Source: Camelus dromedarius
Lineage: Eukaryota
Length of the DNA: 64,000 nt
Reading direction: 5' to 3'
Assembly: GCF_036321535.1 (NCBI RefSeq)
Contig: NC_087436.1
Coordinates: 79,300,001-79,364,000, forward strand
The translations under genes and the position numbers were made by a program. The notes beneath the pieces are model-generated. The model did not search any database. It saw only the letters and a program-made list of their open reading frames with translations, and had not been told where the DNA came from. Shown here in pieces: positions 25,307-36,776 of this stretch. Position 1 is the stretch's first letter. Each line of letters starts with the position of its first letter.

Positions 25307-28006
25307 CTAGTTGTGGTGGTTGGGGAGGGGAGGGACAAAAATAGATCTTTCCTTATTTCTTTAATAAAAATAGTGTCAAGCACATAGTTACCCTACAAAG
25401 ATTGTGACTGTTATCTTAGAGATATTTTAAAAGGATTCATCTTTTTGTCTGGGCTACCACCTTGACTCTGAGGGCCATATCTTGTTTGCTGCTTTTTATC
25501 ACTGAAGGACTATGTTTCCACAATTCAGAGGTCTATGCCTGCCAGGAGATAATCTCAAGAATACAACTCATTGCTCAGAAACAGTTTAAATATTCTTGTT
25601 GTCTGTCATCCAGGAATTCAAAGCAAAGCTCAAAGCAAAACTTTTAGATTATGCACACACACACACACACACACTCAGGTACACACAAGTTTTTGAAATA
25701 AAACTTCTATCTGTTTAAGAAACTAAAACAATTTCCTCTAAAACCTTATAACTCGCCCCCTGCCAATAAAGTAATGCTTTAGGCAATTAATATCACTAGC
25801 TATCAAGGTCAAAAAAACACAGACAGCCAGACATTATGCCTTTTGATGGAAGCATACAATATCACCTATGAAGAATTCTTGCAAAACAAAACATACAAGC
25901 AAAAATTAAGCCTCTAGGTCTAAATACCAGTTTACGGGAAATGCAGGGGACAGAGAAACATGCTAATTGATACCACAGAAATAAATTTAGCAAAATCCAG
26001 AATGTGGGAGACACTTGAAACAAATTACCTGATTTCTTTAATAAATCCCCAAGGACCAAAAAAGAGAGGGAAGGAGAACTTAAAGATGAACAGACTTAAG
26101 AGACATATCAAATGCAACATATGGACCTTGTTTGGATTCTGATATGAATAAACCAACTATTAAAAACATCTGCTAAATAAAATTTTTGAAAAAGAGTAAA
26201 ACAGTAAAAAAAAAAACCATTTGTGACAATAAGGAAGATGTGAAGTATTGACTAATTATTTAATGATATTGAGGAATTAATCCTCAATATTTTAAGTATC
26301 ATAATTATATTTTGTTATGTTTTACAAAGGAGATACATACTGAAATGGATAAAGTGATATGTGTGAGATTTGCTTCAAAGTAATCCAGGAGGTGGGAGGT
26401 GAGAGGTGGGTAAGATTATGGATTAAGTAAGACTGGGGCTTCATATACTTTTCTCTCCACTGTGAAATTTTCTGTAATAAAAAGTCATTTGTTTTTTAAA
26501 ACTCACTCAATTATATATGTATACCCCAGGCCTTCCTTCTTGAGCTGAGGTTAAGGTAGCCTCAACAGGCAAGCAGTTTTTATTTCTCTGCTTAAATTCA
26601 GAATTTTCACAAGAGACAAGAGGAGAATCAAATGTTTTCAAAGGAGACATAACTTCAGCATGGTTCAAGGACTTGGGGGTAGAAAGCAAACAGGCCTCAG
26701 AGCCAGGATTTGTACAGGATTCTTTAGATCAACAATGGAACAGCTGTGTGACCTCCAGCAGGTCACACCACCTCATCTCAATTTGAACATATTTGTTTGA
26801 AAAATGGATCTAAGAAACCTGCCTTGCCAACTTCCAGGACTGTTATGCAAATAAAGTAAGAAAACAGATGTCCAATGGGTTTAAGGCTGATTCCCTTGGA
26901 TCCTGCAGGTGTCCTGCAGATTTTTCTAGCTGACTGTGAACCTTGAGGAGGAAATGTATTTAATGCATACACAAAGGACTCTTAAGCCAAAGGTTTATGT
27001 TTGGCTGAGGAGATTTAGATAACATAATAAATAACTGGTACGATTTACAAAGAGTGACAGGACAAGCTGGCTAATTTCTAAATATTGTACTCACAGCAAA
27101 TTGTGAAGAAATGATTTATTTCCCTTTCTTGTTCAAGGTCCATTTAAGAAAGAGCCAGTAGTAGATTTTGGATATTTGTCTAACGAAATTATCACGTTTG
27201 GTTTACCTCTATAAATGAGTCACAATATACTTGGGGAAGATAGATTCCATTTTGTGCAAAGGCATTTTGCTAAAAAAAATTTTAAAGTTTTGAACAGTGT
27301 GCTCCATGAGCTTGGACCACTACAAGTTAAAAGCAATTTGGGGGAAAATCTGACTACAAACCAGAGAAGCCCAGCTTGTATTTTGGCATGTGCTTTTTGC
27401 AAACCTCCTTAGCTTTCCTACAGTGTTCAAATAATTCCTTTAGGAATTATTCTTAGAAAACAGATATTCTCAAATGCTATTTTAGACTATAAAAATCAAG
27501 GTCATACTCCTCAGGGCTATATCTATGCTATCCCAATTTTTAGACATATATATCTTCCAGGTGGCTTTTTTAGATAGAAAGGCTACATTTCCTGATTTAG
27601 CACCAGAAGTAGCTGGAAGTAGGGTGGAGATGAGACTTTATTCATAAATATCTTGAAGAGTATTAACAAAACAGCCAATCTTAAGGTGATATTTTTGAAC
27701 AAATACATAGTACTGGCTTATCTTAAAGTTAAATAAATTCTGATTTCATGATATTAAAAATTTTTAAACTTTGGATACTGTAGGTAATTTTAACCTTGAT
27801 TTACATTGCAAAAAAAACCATTTTTTGATTCAGGTTTGCTGTCTTGTAAAACTGGAGTCATAAAATTTCAATGTACCCCTTTAAAAAAAAATTCCACACC
27901 ATACCTCAAATGACCCACATTAAAAACATGATTTCTGGGTCTCAATTTCTTCTCCTGAGACACAAAAATGTTAGCATGGGTGATCTCTAAGTTTTCTTCC
28001 AAGTCA

Positions 28007-28297
<291 letters not shown>

Positions 28298-29339
28298 TTA
28301 ATTATACACTTTTCTGGTTTATTCCTCCACGTGGGAAGAATTGACAGGAAATCAGAAAAGTGCCATTAATTACAAATAAGTCATTCAGATGAAACAGGCA
28401 CTGTCCTTCCCTTTACATGTTCCCACATATCCGCATGATAACAGATCTCAGAAGATTACTAATATGCCACAGGAGCCCCTATCAGGGTAGGGCAACTTCT
28501 ATATGGTGGAGTAGATAAATGCCACCCCTGGAGACAACTATTCTGCATCCTATGGGATCCGCCCCCCACCTCCAGTCTCCCCACCCCTGTCCCCATGTGC
28601 GGTCTGAAGAAAAGGCTGCTTGTGGCCAGAAGTAGTAAAATGTGAAATAAGTAGAATCATGCCCAAACCTTTATGGTTACCTCCTCCCCCATCAACTTTA
28701 GTTAATGGCAAAACAAATGTCTCCATTCTTTTCTCTACTCCTCGTGCCCCCACAAGCATAAGGGATGTGTGCTTTATTCGGGGTTTATAAGGATGAGAGT
28801 AGGAGAGGAAAGAGAATAAAACTCAGTGTGAGGATATAGAACTATAGAGTAAAGGTGTTAATAGAGTCGTGGAATGTAAATAAACCAGTTGGTTTTAAAG
28901 CAATCAGGTTTGTGGTAGTTAGATAATGGGATGATTTAGCAAATCTCGAAAGTCATCGGTAGCCCCTCTGGTGTGACCACATACTGCCAGGCCCTGAACT
29001 TCTTGGGAATCTATGAACAGAGCTACAGGTGCTCAGTATCCTTCTCGGAGTCAAGAAGCACTCTTTTACAACAGCTTTAGAGAAAGGAATCCTTGACTTA
29101 TTTACGGGCCATGATTGAGGAACAAAACTTCTAAAGCAGTTCATTCACGCAGTGATTAATTTGGGCATATGTTAAAATGTCCAGCCAGCTTTAGTAAATC
29201 ATTTTCTTGTGAAATCTGGCACGAAGCTTGGGGCTCAGCCACACAAACTGTCTTTGACCAGATTTTTGGCTGATGAGCTGCACGGAAGACCAGGAGACTG
29301 CTGCAGCCTGGCCTCTGAGACAAGCGCAGCTTCACTCAC

Positions 29340-29446
29340 ATGAAGCCAGCCGCGAAGGTGTTAGACAGCAAGGGCGCTCCACCCCCGTACGCGGAGCTGG
29401 TCTCTCCTAACCAGACCTTCTTGTGGGGTCTGGTCTCCTCAACAAC
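29340..29446 (-). CDS. HPSE: HPSE coding exon 8 (107 nt): nucleophile Glu345
   Basis: [35 protein letters not shown](M); acceptor TTTCTAG|G, donor AT|GTGAGT. Confidence 0.97.
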
Positions 29447-29879
29447 CTAGAAAATGGAAAGTCCGTGGTAAATGCAAACAAGCTGATCAAGTATGGTGTT
29501 GAAGATTAACAACATTCAAAACCTTGTATTCCCAGACCTACCTATCCAACACAGTTACAAAATATGTTCACAGTCATTTACATCTTGGGCAATTAGCTTT
29601 TGTTGGAATACTAGGTGTGGAAGGAATGTAAACCACCCCATTCCAATGACCTGTGAGGGATGATACTACCGAAAGGCCACTGGAAGCATTTGTCGTTTCT
29701 AATCAGCATACGTGGGGAAGACCAGACGCTAAGGGGAACCAAAGGTGAATAAGACCTAGTGCCTGTTGTTTAAAATTGGGAAAATGGGTAAATTTACACA
29801 CCTGTAAAATTTGGGACTAGCTAGTCCACAAAGTAAGGACTCTGCTCTTACGTTAAAAAGAAAAAAAAAAGACTGTTAC

Positions 29880-29973
29880 CTGGAAAATTTTTTGCACGGA
29901 TAAAATAAAAGTGTCCAATACATCAGGGTTTAGAAAATCTTCTTTGGTAGCAATCCTCCCATTCAAGTAGTAG
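29880..29973 (-). CDS. HPSE: HPSE coding exon 7 (94 nt)
   Basis: [31 protein letters not shown]; acceptor TTTAG|C, donor CAG|GTAACA. Confidence 0.96.
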
Positions 29974-30470
29974 CTAAATTATTCAGAAAATATTCAGAAA
30001 AAAATAACAAACTTTACTTCCTGCTTTTAAGTTAATTGGCTGCCTTTGCCACCTTTCTACCTCTTCTCACGCTCCTGCTATTAAAAAAAAAAAAAAGGAG
30101 GAAGTTCTATTAAGGAGAGAATAAGATGAAAGGCACCAGTTACTCTGTCTTGAGAAGACATAGTCATAAGTGCAGGTACTAGTGGGCCATCCATCCTTTA
30201 GCAAATATATTGGTTTTAGCTACTTATTTGTTCCATGACCTAAATGATGGTGTGCCTTGATCTTGTAGAAACCACCCCATTACTTAAAATAAGTTTAAAT
30301 TTTGTTTTGTTAATATTAAAATCCTAGTACAATGCTGCTTGAAACACTATGTGTTTCTTATCTGAACTATAAAGCCAGATAGCAGTTAAATAAAACCACT
30401 TTTTAAAAAACTAGGTAATAAGTAAAACTAAGTTTACTTTCTTAGTATTAAGAGTAGGAGACATACTTAC

Positions 30471-30518
30471 TGATGCCATGTAACTGAATCAATCACTTCT
30501 CCCCCAGCCTTCAGAAAA
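30471..30518 (-). CDS. HPSE: HPSE coding exon 6 (48 nt)
   Basis: (S)FLKAGGEVIDSVTWH(H); acceptor TTTCCTAG|T, donor CA|GTAAGT. Confidence 0.96.
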
Positions 30519-30854
30519 CTAGGAAAAAAATAATCTATCATGTTGTCACTTAAACCTTATATGAACAATATATACACGCAATATATACACAAGAGTTTTC
30601 TTTTCCCTAGAAATTGGCCAGTTACTACTTTAGGATAAGGCAACAACACAAACTTCCTAATTCTGAGACAGATTTTATCACAGGTGCCATATGCCCCCAA
30701 ATCTTTGGTATTCTGAGCTTGTCAGTGTTTCCTCTTTTGGTAACCCTTCTAATCAGGCAACAAGCTGTTTAATAATAGGTGGCTTATTGAGGATTCTCCA
30801 CCGACAAAAAATACTAGTTTTAAGAGAAGTGGTTCTGTTTCCTCTGGTTCTTAC

Positions 30855-31023
30855 CTCTTCAGCATCTTAACAGTCTTTCCTCGAGGCTGGCCAACATCAG
30901 GACCATAGAGTTTTGCATTTTTGAAAGCAGATTTTCCTAGAAGTTTATGCAACTCAATAAAATCTTCCCCTAATTGCAATCCATCGATGAAAATACCAGC
31001 CTTCTTCCGGAAACTGTTAGGTT
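30855..31023 (-). CDS. HPSE: HPSE coding exon 5 (169 nt): completes acid/base Glu227; heparin-binding domain 2
   Basis: (E)[55 protein letters not shown]; acceptor CTTTCAG|AA, donor AG|GTAAGA. Confidence 0.97.
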
Positions 31024-31410
31024 CTGAAAGATAGCAATTCTCAAAATAATTGCTTACCTAGACATTTTTTATTTAGAAGCAAACATAAAAACAGTATCTA
31101 AAAGAAAAAGAGAATTTTTCATATTACAAAAGCTTAGAATTCAAAGGCAAGGAAAGTAAAACGTCTAGTTATAAAGAAAATATTCTAGGAAACAAAAATT
31201 TAAGTTATATAACTGAAGTATGAGGAGGTAATAAAACAGTTTGGAATTAATAATGGGAATATTAAACCAATGGATATTCTGGGACTAGTCTGTATCCAGT
31301 ATTTAATAACCTAATTTAGTTAAAAGATTATGTAGGGAGAAGTCATTTAAAAACCAAATACCAAAAAATTAGTAAAAAAACCCCTAATTACCAACCACCC
31401 TCCCAAAAAA

Positions 31411-31585
31411 GGGGGGGGGGCATAGCTTGGTGGTGGAGTGCATGCTTAGCATGCATGAGGTCCTGGGTTCAATCCCCACTACCTCCATCAAAAAATAAAT
31501 AAAAACCTAATTACCACACCCCCCCCAAAAAAAACCCCAAAACAAAACAACAAAAAAACCCCAAAACAACACCCCCCCCAAGAAA
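31411..31585 (+). mobile_element. tRNA-derived SINE (camelid-type)
   Basis: GGGG..CATAGCTTGGTGGTGGAG (A box), GGTTCAATCCC (B box), CCTAATTACC tail and A/C-rich end. Confidence 0.85.
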
Positions 31586-32935
31586 AAATGATTACTACAA
31601 TGTAATTAAGTCTTATTGAGAATGTTTATTCACAGATATGTGCAAGTGAGTCTGGAAGCAGCAAAGCTGAAGAGACGGGAGGGAGGCATGGAAAGTGTCC
31701 AGTCTACTTCCCCACATTACCTTACCCTTCTCCTTCACCCTGGAATCAGACCTTCTCTTTGTAAAATGGGGCCCACATGATGACATGACTCTTTTACTCT
31801 GAAGAGCAGAAGGAGCTGGGGATGAGTAGCGTAGAAAAGTAGGGAGGGAGGGATGTACAGGGATGGGTAAGGATGGGTTCAGACAACCTATTATTCATGT
31901 AGTTGCTGCTGTGAAGTTGTTCACCTCTAAGATATGGTTGCCTCTGCCCTTCCTTCTATGTTGTTTTCAGGGCTTCGGCTTGCCAGTTATCCTCAGCATC
32001 CTGATCCCCAAATCTGCTGCTGGACTTTATCATTCACATACCACTATGGACATGTATCACTTCTTTGCTTGTTTTCCCGTCGGTCTGGCTCCTACCTCCA
32101 GAACAGAAGTCTCAAGAGAGCAGGGACCTCATTCTACAGCCAGACTGCCTGGGTTCAAATCCTAACTTCTCCTAAGATTCCTCTAACTAATAATTGCCCA
32201 GCATCACACAGCTAGTTAGCTAACCTTTTTGTGCCTCTTTTGTCATCTATGAAATGAAGGTCATAATTGTGTTCACCTCAGAGTGATTGTAAAGAAAAAA
32301 TAAGCTAATACTTATTAAATGCTCAAAACAGTGCTTGGAATATAGTATGTGCACATGACACTACTCCCTCTCACTTCCCACTTTATCTTCATTCCCATTG
32401 GCTGATGTGTGAACAAAGCACTGTAAATATGTTTGAATGAATGTGGCTAATCATTAGCACTTTAGTTAGAGTTTATAAATAAATTTCTTGCGAAAAAGAG
32501 TGAAGAAGGAGACAATCAAGAGCTCGACCCAGTTAGGATTCTATACTGGAACTTCCAGCTTGAACCTATCATGAGTGTTGGGATGGGGTTGTTAAGACTA
32601 AGACAAGCTGAGAACAGAGGAAGGAGGGGAAGGGTAAAAGCAAACTGCTGAAGTCTAACCTGTCAAGTGTAAGAGGTCTAAGTGACCCTGAAGATCTCAA
32701 GGGAACCTGCGAGCTGTGGAAGTGCTCAAATGTGATGGAAGCTGGGCTAAGTGATAGGAATCAGGATACAGAAAGGAATTTTCTGCCACAAGTCATTCCA
32801 AACTCACACTGTTGAGCACAAATATTCCAAGGCAAATGATATATTTGCTAATATTAAAAAGAAAGTCATAAATAGGAACAAATAATACCAAAGGGGAATC
32901 TCCTTATAAATGAAATGGGGGTGGGGGACACTTAC

Positions 32936-33109
32936 CATTACCTAGTTCCCAAGAAATGTTATAACCCTTGGAAGAGCAGTAGTCCAGGAGCACCTGAGCA
33001 TTGGAACTGTTCCAGTGCAGATCTGCAGTTCGCAGTAATGCATTTAGACCAAAGATCAAGTCCAGTCCTGAGCAATTGGCAAAAGTATACAGCATATCCA
33101 CCGAGCTTC
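32936..33109 (-). CDS. HPSE: HPSE coding exon 4 (174 nt)
   Basis: (R)[57 protein letters not shown]; acceptor TTTTAG|GA, donor G|GTAAGT. Confidence 0.97.
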
Positions 33110-33684
33110 CTAAAAGAAAAATGTTGCCATTTCATGATTAGGTTGATACCACAGTGATAAAGATCTCCAGACTTGGTCTTCATAATGAATTACTATTTCT
33201 GTTGTTAAATGGAAGGAATTCCAGTCCTAATGGGGACCTATGATTATGAATGAGTCAACAAAATTGGAATGGCAAATTAAAAAAAAAAACACACACATCA
33301 ATGTGACTTTATTTGCTTCAGCTGTTGAATCAAGTCCCATAGAAGGTACCAGAGGCTTTGGTCTGGCACTTGGGTTTTGTTCACGTGACCTCAGGTGAAC
33401 TCAGGAAACTGCAGTGTGTGACTCAGTGCTCAACACACACAGGCCAGACTTTCATTAGCCAACACAAACCCTGCTCTTCATAATCTAAAAATCTCTACTC
33501 ACAAACTCAAACATAAAATAGCTTGGTAAATTTCTTTACATTTAAAACTTTAAAAAAATTCAAGTATATAATATATTAATTCAAAATGAATGGAATTTTA
33601 CATTTAAAAAGTGACCTAGGGCTCTAGGGCTGTGGTTTCCAAACTCTGTGCTGAGGTGCCCTGGGGAGTGAATTCACTGGTGTG

Positions 33685-33846
33685 GTTGGTCATCAGACTT
33701 GGCAAATAAAAACACAGGACACCTAGTTAAATTTGAGCTGCAAAATAATAATAATTTTTTAGTGTATGTCATGTAATATTTGTGAAATACTTACACTAAA
33801 GAAATGATGGTTTATTTGAAATTAAAATTTAAACCAGGAAACCCTA
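33685..33846. mobile_element. MER53-like palindromic MITE nested in a hAT-like element (about 33628-34030)
   Basis: GCAAATAAAAACACAGGACACCTAGTTAAATTTG...TTGAAATTAAAATTTAAACCAGG.AACCCTA, with internal dyad symmetry (TTTAGTGTA / TACACTAAA). Confidence 0.7.
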
Positions 33847-34041
33847 CTCAGAGGGGCACTGCAGGATCTTTCAAATTTGCAAGGGAACACTAACATCTAT
33901 TGGGCACAATAAGAACTATTACTATTAGGTTGTTTGGATCTAACAGCTTAAATGAAACTCTTAGGCATTTCTTTTGGGCTAGATGTGCTGTGAAAAAAAA
34001 TTACTGAGTCACTAAGGGACCATTAAAGCTTTGGAATTTTT

Positions 34042-34140
34042 TTACACCATTTATTGTTTTATTCTTTTTTTTTTAATCGAAGGATAATTGATTTACAATG
34101 TTGTGTTAGTTTCTGGTGCACAACATAGTGATTCAGACAT
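34042..34140 (-). mobile_element. L1 extreme 3' end and A-rich tail fused to U6
   Basis: CTGAATCACTATGTTGTGCACCAGAAACTAACACAACATTGTAAATCAA matches the L1 3' end at about 15775-15835; followed by A10. TSD AAGCTTTGGAATTTTT at 34026-34041 and 34248-34263. Confidence 0.9.
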
Positions 34141-34196
34141 AAAAATATGGAACGCTGCACAAATTTGTGAGTCATCCTTGCGCAGACCCCATGCTG

Positions 34197-34227
<31 letters not shown>

Positions 34228-34247
34228 CGTGCTGCCAAAGCAAGCAC
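34141..34247 (-). pseudogene. Full-length U6 snRNA retropseudogene (5' half of a U6-L1 chimera)
   Basis: Minus strand reads GTGCTTGCTTTGGCAGCACGTATACTAAAATTGGAACGATACAGAGAAGATCAGCATGG...CGTTCCATATTTTT. About 11 differences from canonical U6 by my manual comparison, several at CpGs. Confidence 0.96.
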
Positions 34248-35407
34248 AAGCTTTGGAATTTTTGAACTCAGTTTTTTAACCCTTAACTAGCCTATGCTCA
34301 CTTTTTGAGAGTGGCAACAATGTATTTTTTGAGTGTCATCTTTAAATCACTTATTATTGAATAGGTCCTGGTGATTTTAATGTGTATTTAGAGTTATCTG
34401 TTAAACAGAAATTCACTCTTAATGCTCCTAGTTTAAGAAAAAATCACCCAAAAACTCTATCTGGCAAACTTACACCCTTTCTCCTACAAAGTGGCTTTGT
34501 TTCTGTTTTGTTTCTGTCTTCAGCCTGAATTAACTTGGATTACTACAGCAGTGAGACCCTAGACTTAATACTGCCAGCAGGCTGAGGGGCAGTAACGACA
34601 CTAGCAAGCTATTTTAGGTGTTTTGATATTTGCTGTCACCTACTTCCACAAAACTGCTACCTGTCATCACCGAGCTACAGACATCAAGGTCTGAAAAACT
34701 CTCTGGGTCTTGCAGGCCAGCGTTCCATGGGATATTAGAGCCACAGTGGAGAAGAGGGAGGGCCTGTGGGATTATGGAGGCCTCCGCAAAACCCCACCCT
34801 CATTTTTCTATGAGGAAACTGACACCCAAGGAAATAAAGCATTTTGCCCAATATCACATAGCTATTAGGGCCTGTTATAAAGGCCCTGTGACTGCCTTAG
34901 TCACAGCTGTATTTTAGACATATATTGCAAATCCTGATGTAGAAAGGGTCCTAAATCAGGAATCATAGACCTGAGCTCCAGGCCCCACTCTCCCACTTAC
35001 AGACTGAATGATCAGGGGTGACCCCTCCACCAGCATGAACCTCAGCTATGCATCTACACTCCTGGAACTAGTACCATCATCTGTCTACCTTAGAAAACCA
35101 ACTTGAAACAGTACATGTGAAAACCCTTTGCAAACCGTAAAAAACTCTTACAGATATAAAGCACTGTTGTTGCCTAGACCCTCTACAAAGATTACAGCAT
35201 TCTCAAAAAAAACTAGAATGTTTGCATTTGAGAGTGTTTATTCAGTTCATACTTTATTCTTCCTCTGTTTCCTCACTTTGTCCTAATACACTCGGAATTT
35301 ATGTAGCTTTAAATGCTATCATATGCCCTCTATAACATAACAGTAACATCTCCTAGAATAAGGGCTGTACAATACTGATCGTGCGTCCAGTCTTAAAAAT
35401 AAAACCC

Positions 35408-36776
35408 CAGTCTCTCCAGCAAATGGTGTTGGGAAAACTGGACAGCAGCGTGTAAATCAGTGAAGCTAGAACACTCCCTCACACCATACACAAAAATAAA
35501 CTCAAAATGGATCAAAGACTTAAACGTAAGACAAGATACAATAAACCTCCTAGAAGAAAATATAGGCAAAACATTATCTCACATACATATCAGCAGTGTT
35601 CTCCTAGGGCAGTCTACCTAAGAAATAGAAATAAAAGCAAAAATAAACAAATGGAACCTAATTAAACTTACAAGCTTTTGCACATCAAAGGAAACCATAA
35701 GCAAAACAAAATGACAACCTACGGAATGGGAGAAAATTTTTGCAAAAGATGAAACTTACAAAGGCTTGATCTCCAGAATATATAAACAGCTCATACGATT
35801 TAATAGGAAAAAAACAAACAACGCAATCCAAAAATGGGCAGAAGACCTAAACAAGCAATTCTCCAAGGAAGACATACGAATGATCAATAGGCACATGAAA
35901 AAATGCTCAATATCACTAGTTATCAGAGAAATGCAAATCAAAACTACAATGAGGTATCGAGGTATCACCTCACACCAGTCAGAATGGCCATCATTCAAAA
36001 GTCCACAAATGACAAATGCTGGAGAGGCTGTGGAGAAAAGGGAACCCTCCTACACTGCTGGTGGGAATACAGTTTGGTGCAGCCACTGTGGAAAACAGTA
36101 TGGAGATTCCTCAAAAAATGAATAGACTTACCATATGACCCAGTAATCCCACTCCTAGGCATATATCCAGAAGGAACCCTACTTCAGAAAGACACCTGCA
36201 CCCCACTGTTCACAGCAGCACTATTTACAATAGCCAAGACATGGAAACAGCCTAAATGTCCATTGACAGATGATTGGATAAAGAAGAGGTGGTGTAGCTA
36301 TACAATGGAATACTATTCAACCATAAAAACTGACAACATAATGCCATTTGCAGCAACATGGATGTTCCTGGAGAATGTCATTCTAAGTGGAGTAAACCAG
36401 AAAGAGAAAGAAAAATACCATATGAGATTGCTCATATGTGGAATCTAAAAAAAAAAACAAAAACATAAATACAAAACAGAAACAGACTCATAGACTTAGA
36501 ATACAAACTTGTGGTTGCCAGGGAAAGGGGGGTGGGTAGGGACAGACTGGGAGTTTGAGATTTATAGATACTGACAGGTATATATAGAATAGATAAACAA
36601 GTTTATACTGTATAGCACAGGGAAATATAGCCAAGATCTTGTAGTAGTAGCTCATGGTGAAAAAGAATATGAAAACAAATATATGTATATTCATGTATGA
36701 CTGAAAAACTATGCTGTATGCCAAAAATTGATACAACACTGCAAACTGACTATAACTCAATTAAAAAAAAAAAAAA
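35408..36776 (+). mobile_element. 5'-truncated L1 (ORF2 C-terminus and 3'UTR), antisense in HPSE intron 3
   Basis: Disrupted ORF2 peptides (ISRIYKQL..., [26 protein letters not shown]); 8-bp tandem duplication GAGGTATC at about 35951-35966; poly(A) tail; TT/AAAA site and approximate TSD AAAA(T/A)AAAACCC. Confidence 0.93.

Noticed and set aside
31411..31490. tRNA genes here and at 52443 and 58990-59220
   Set aside because: tRNA-like A/B boxes are followed by a shared SINE tail and poly(A), and the copies are degenerate.
34141..34247. Functional U6 snRNA gene
   Set aside because: It has a TSD, an L1 tail, CpG decay and a damaged internal stem-loop, and I see no TATA/PSE promoter upstream.
35408..36776. 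Active L1 or independent genes (ORFs 35766, 35903, 36263)
   Set aside because: A 5'-truncated ORF2 remnant broken by frameshifts and stops.
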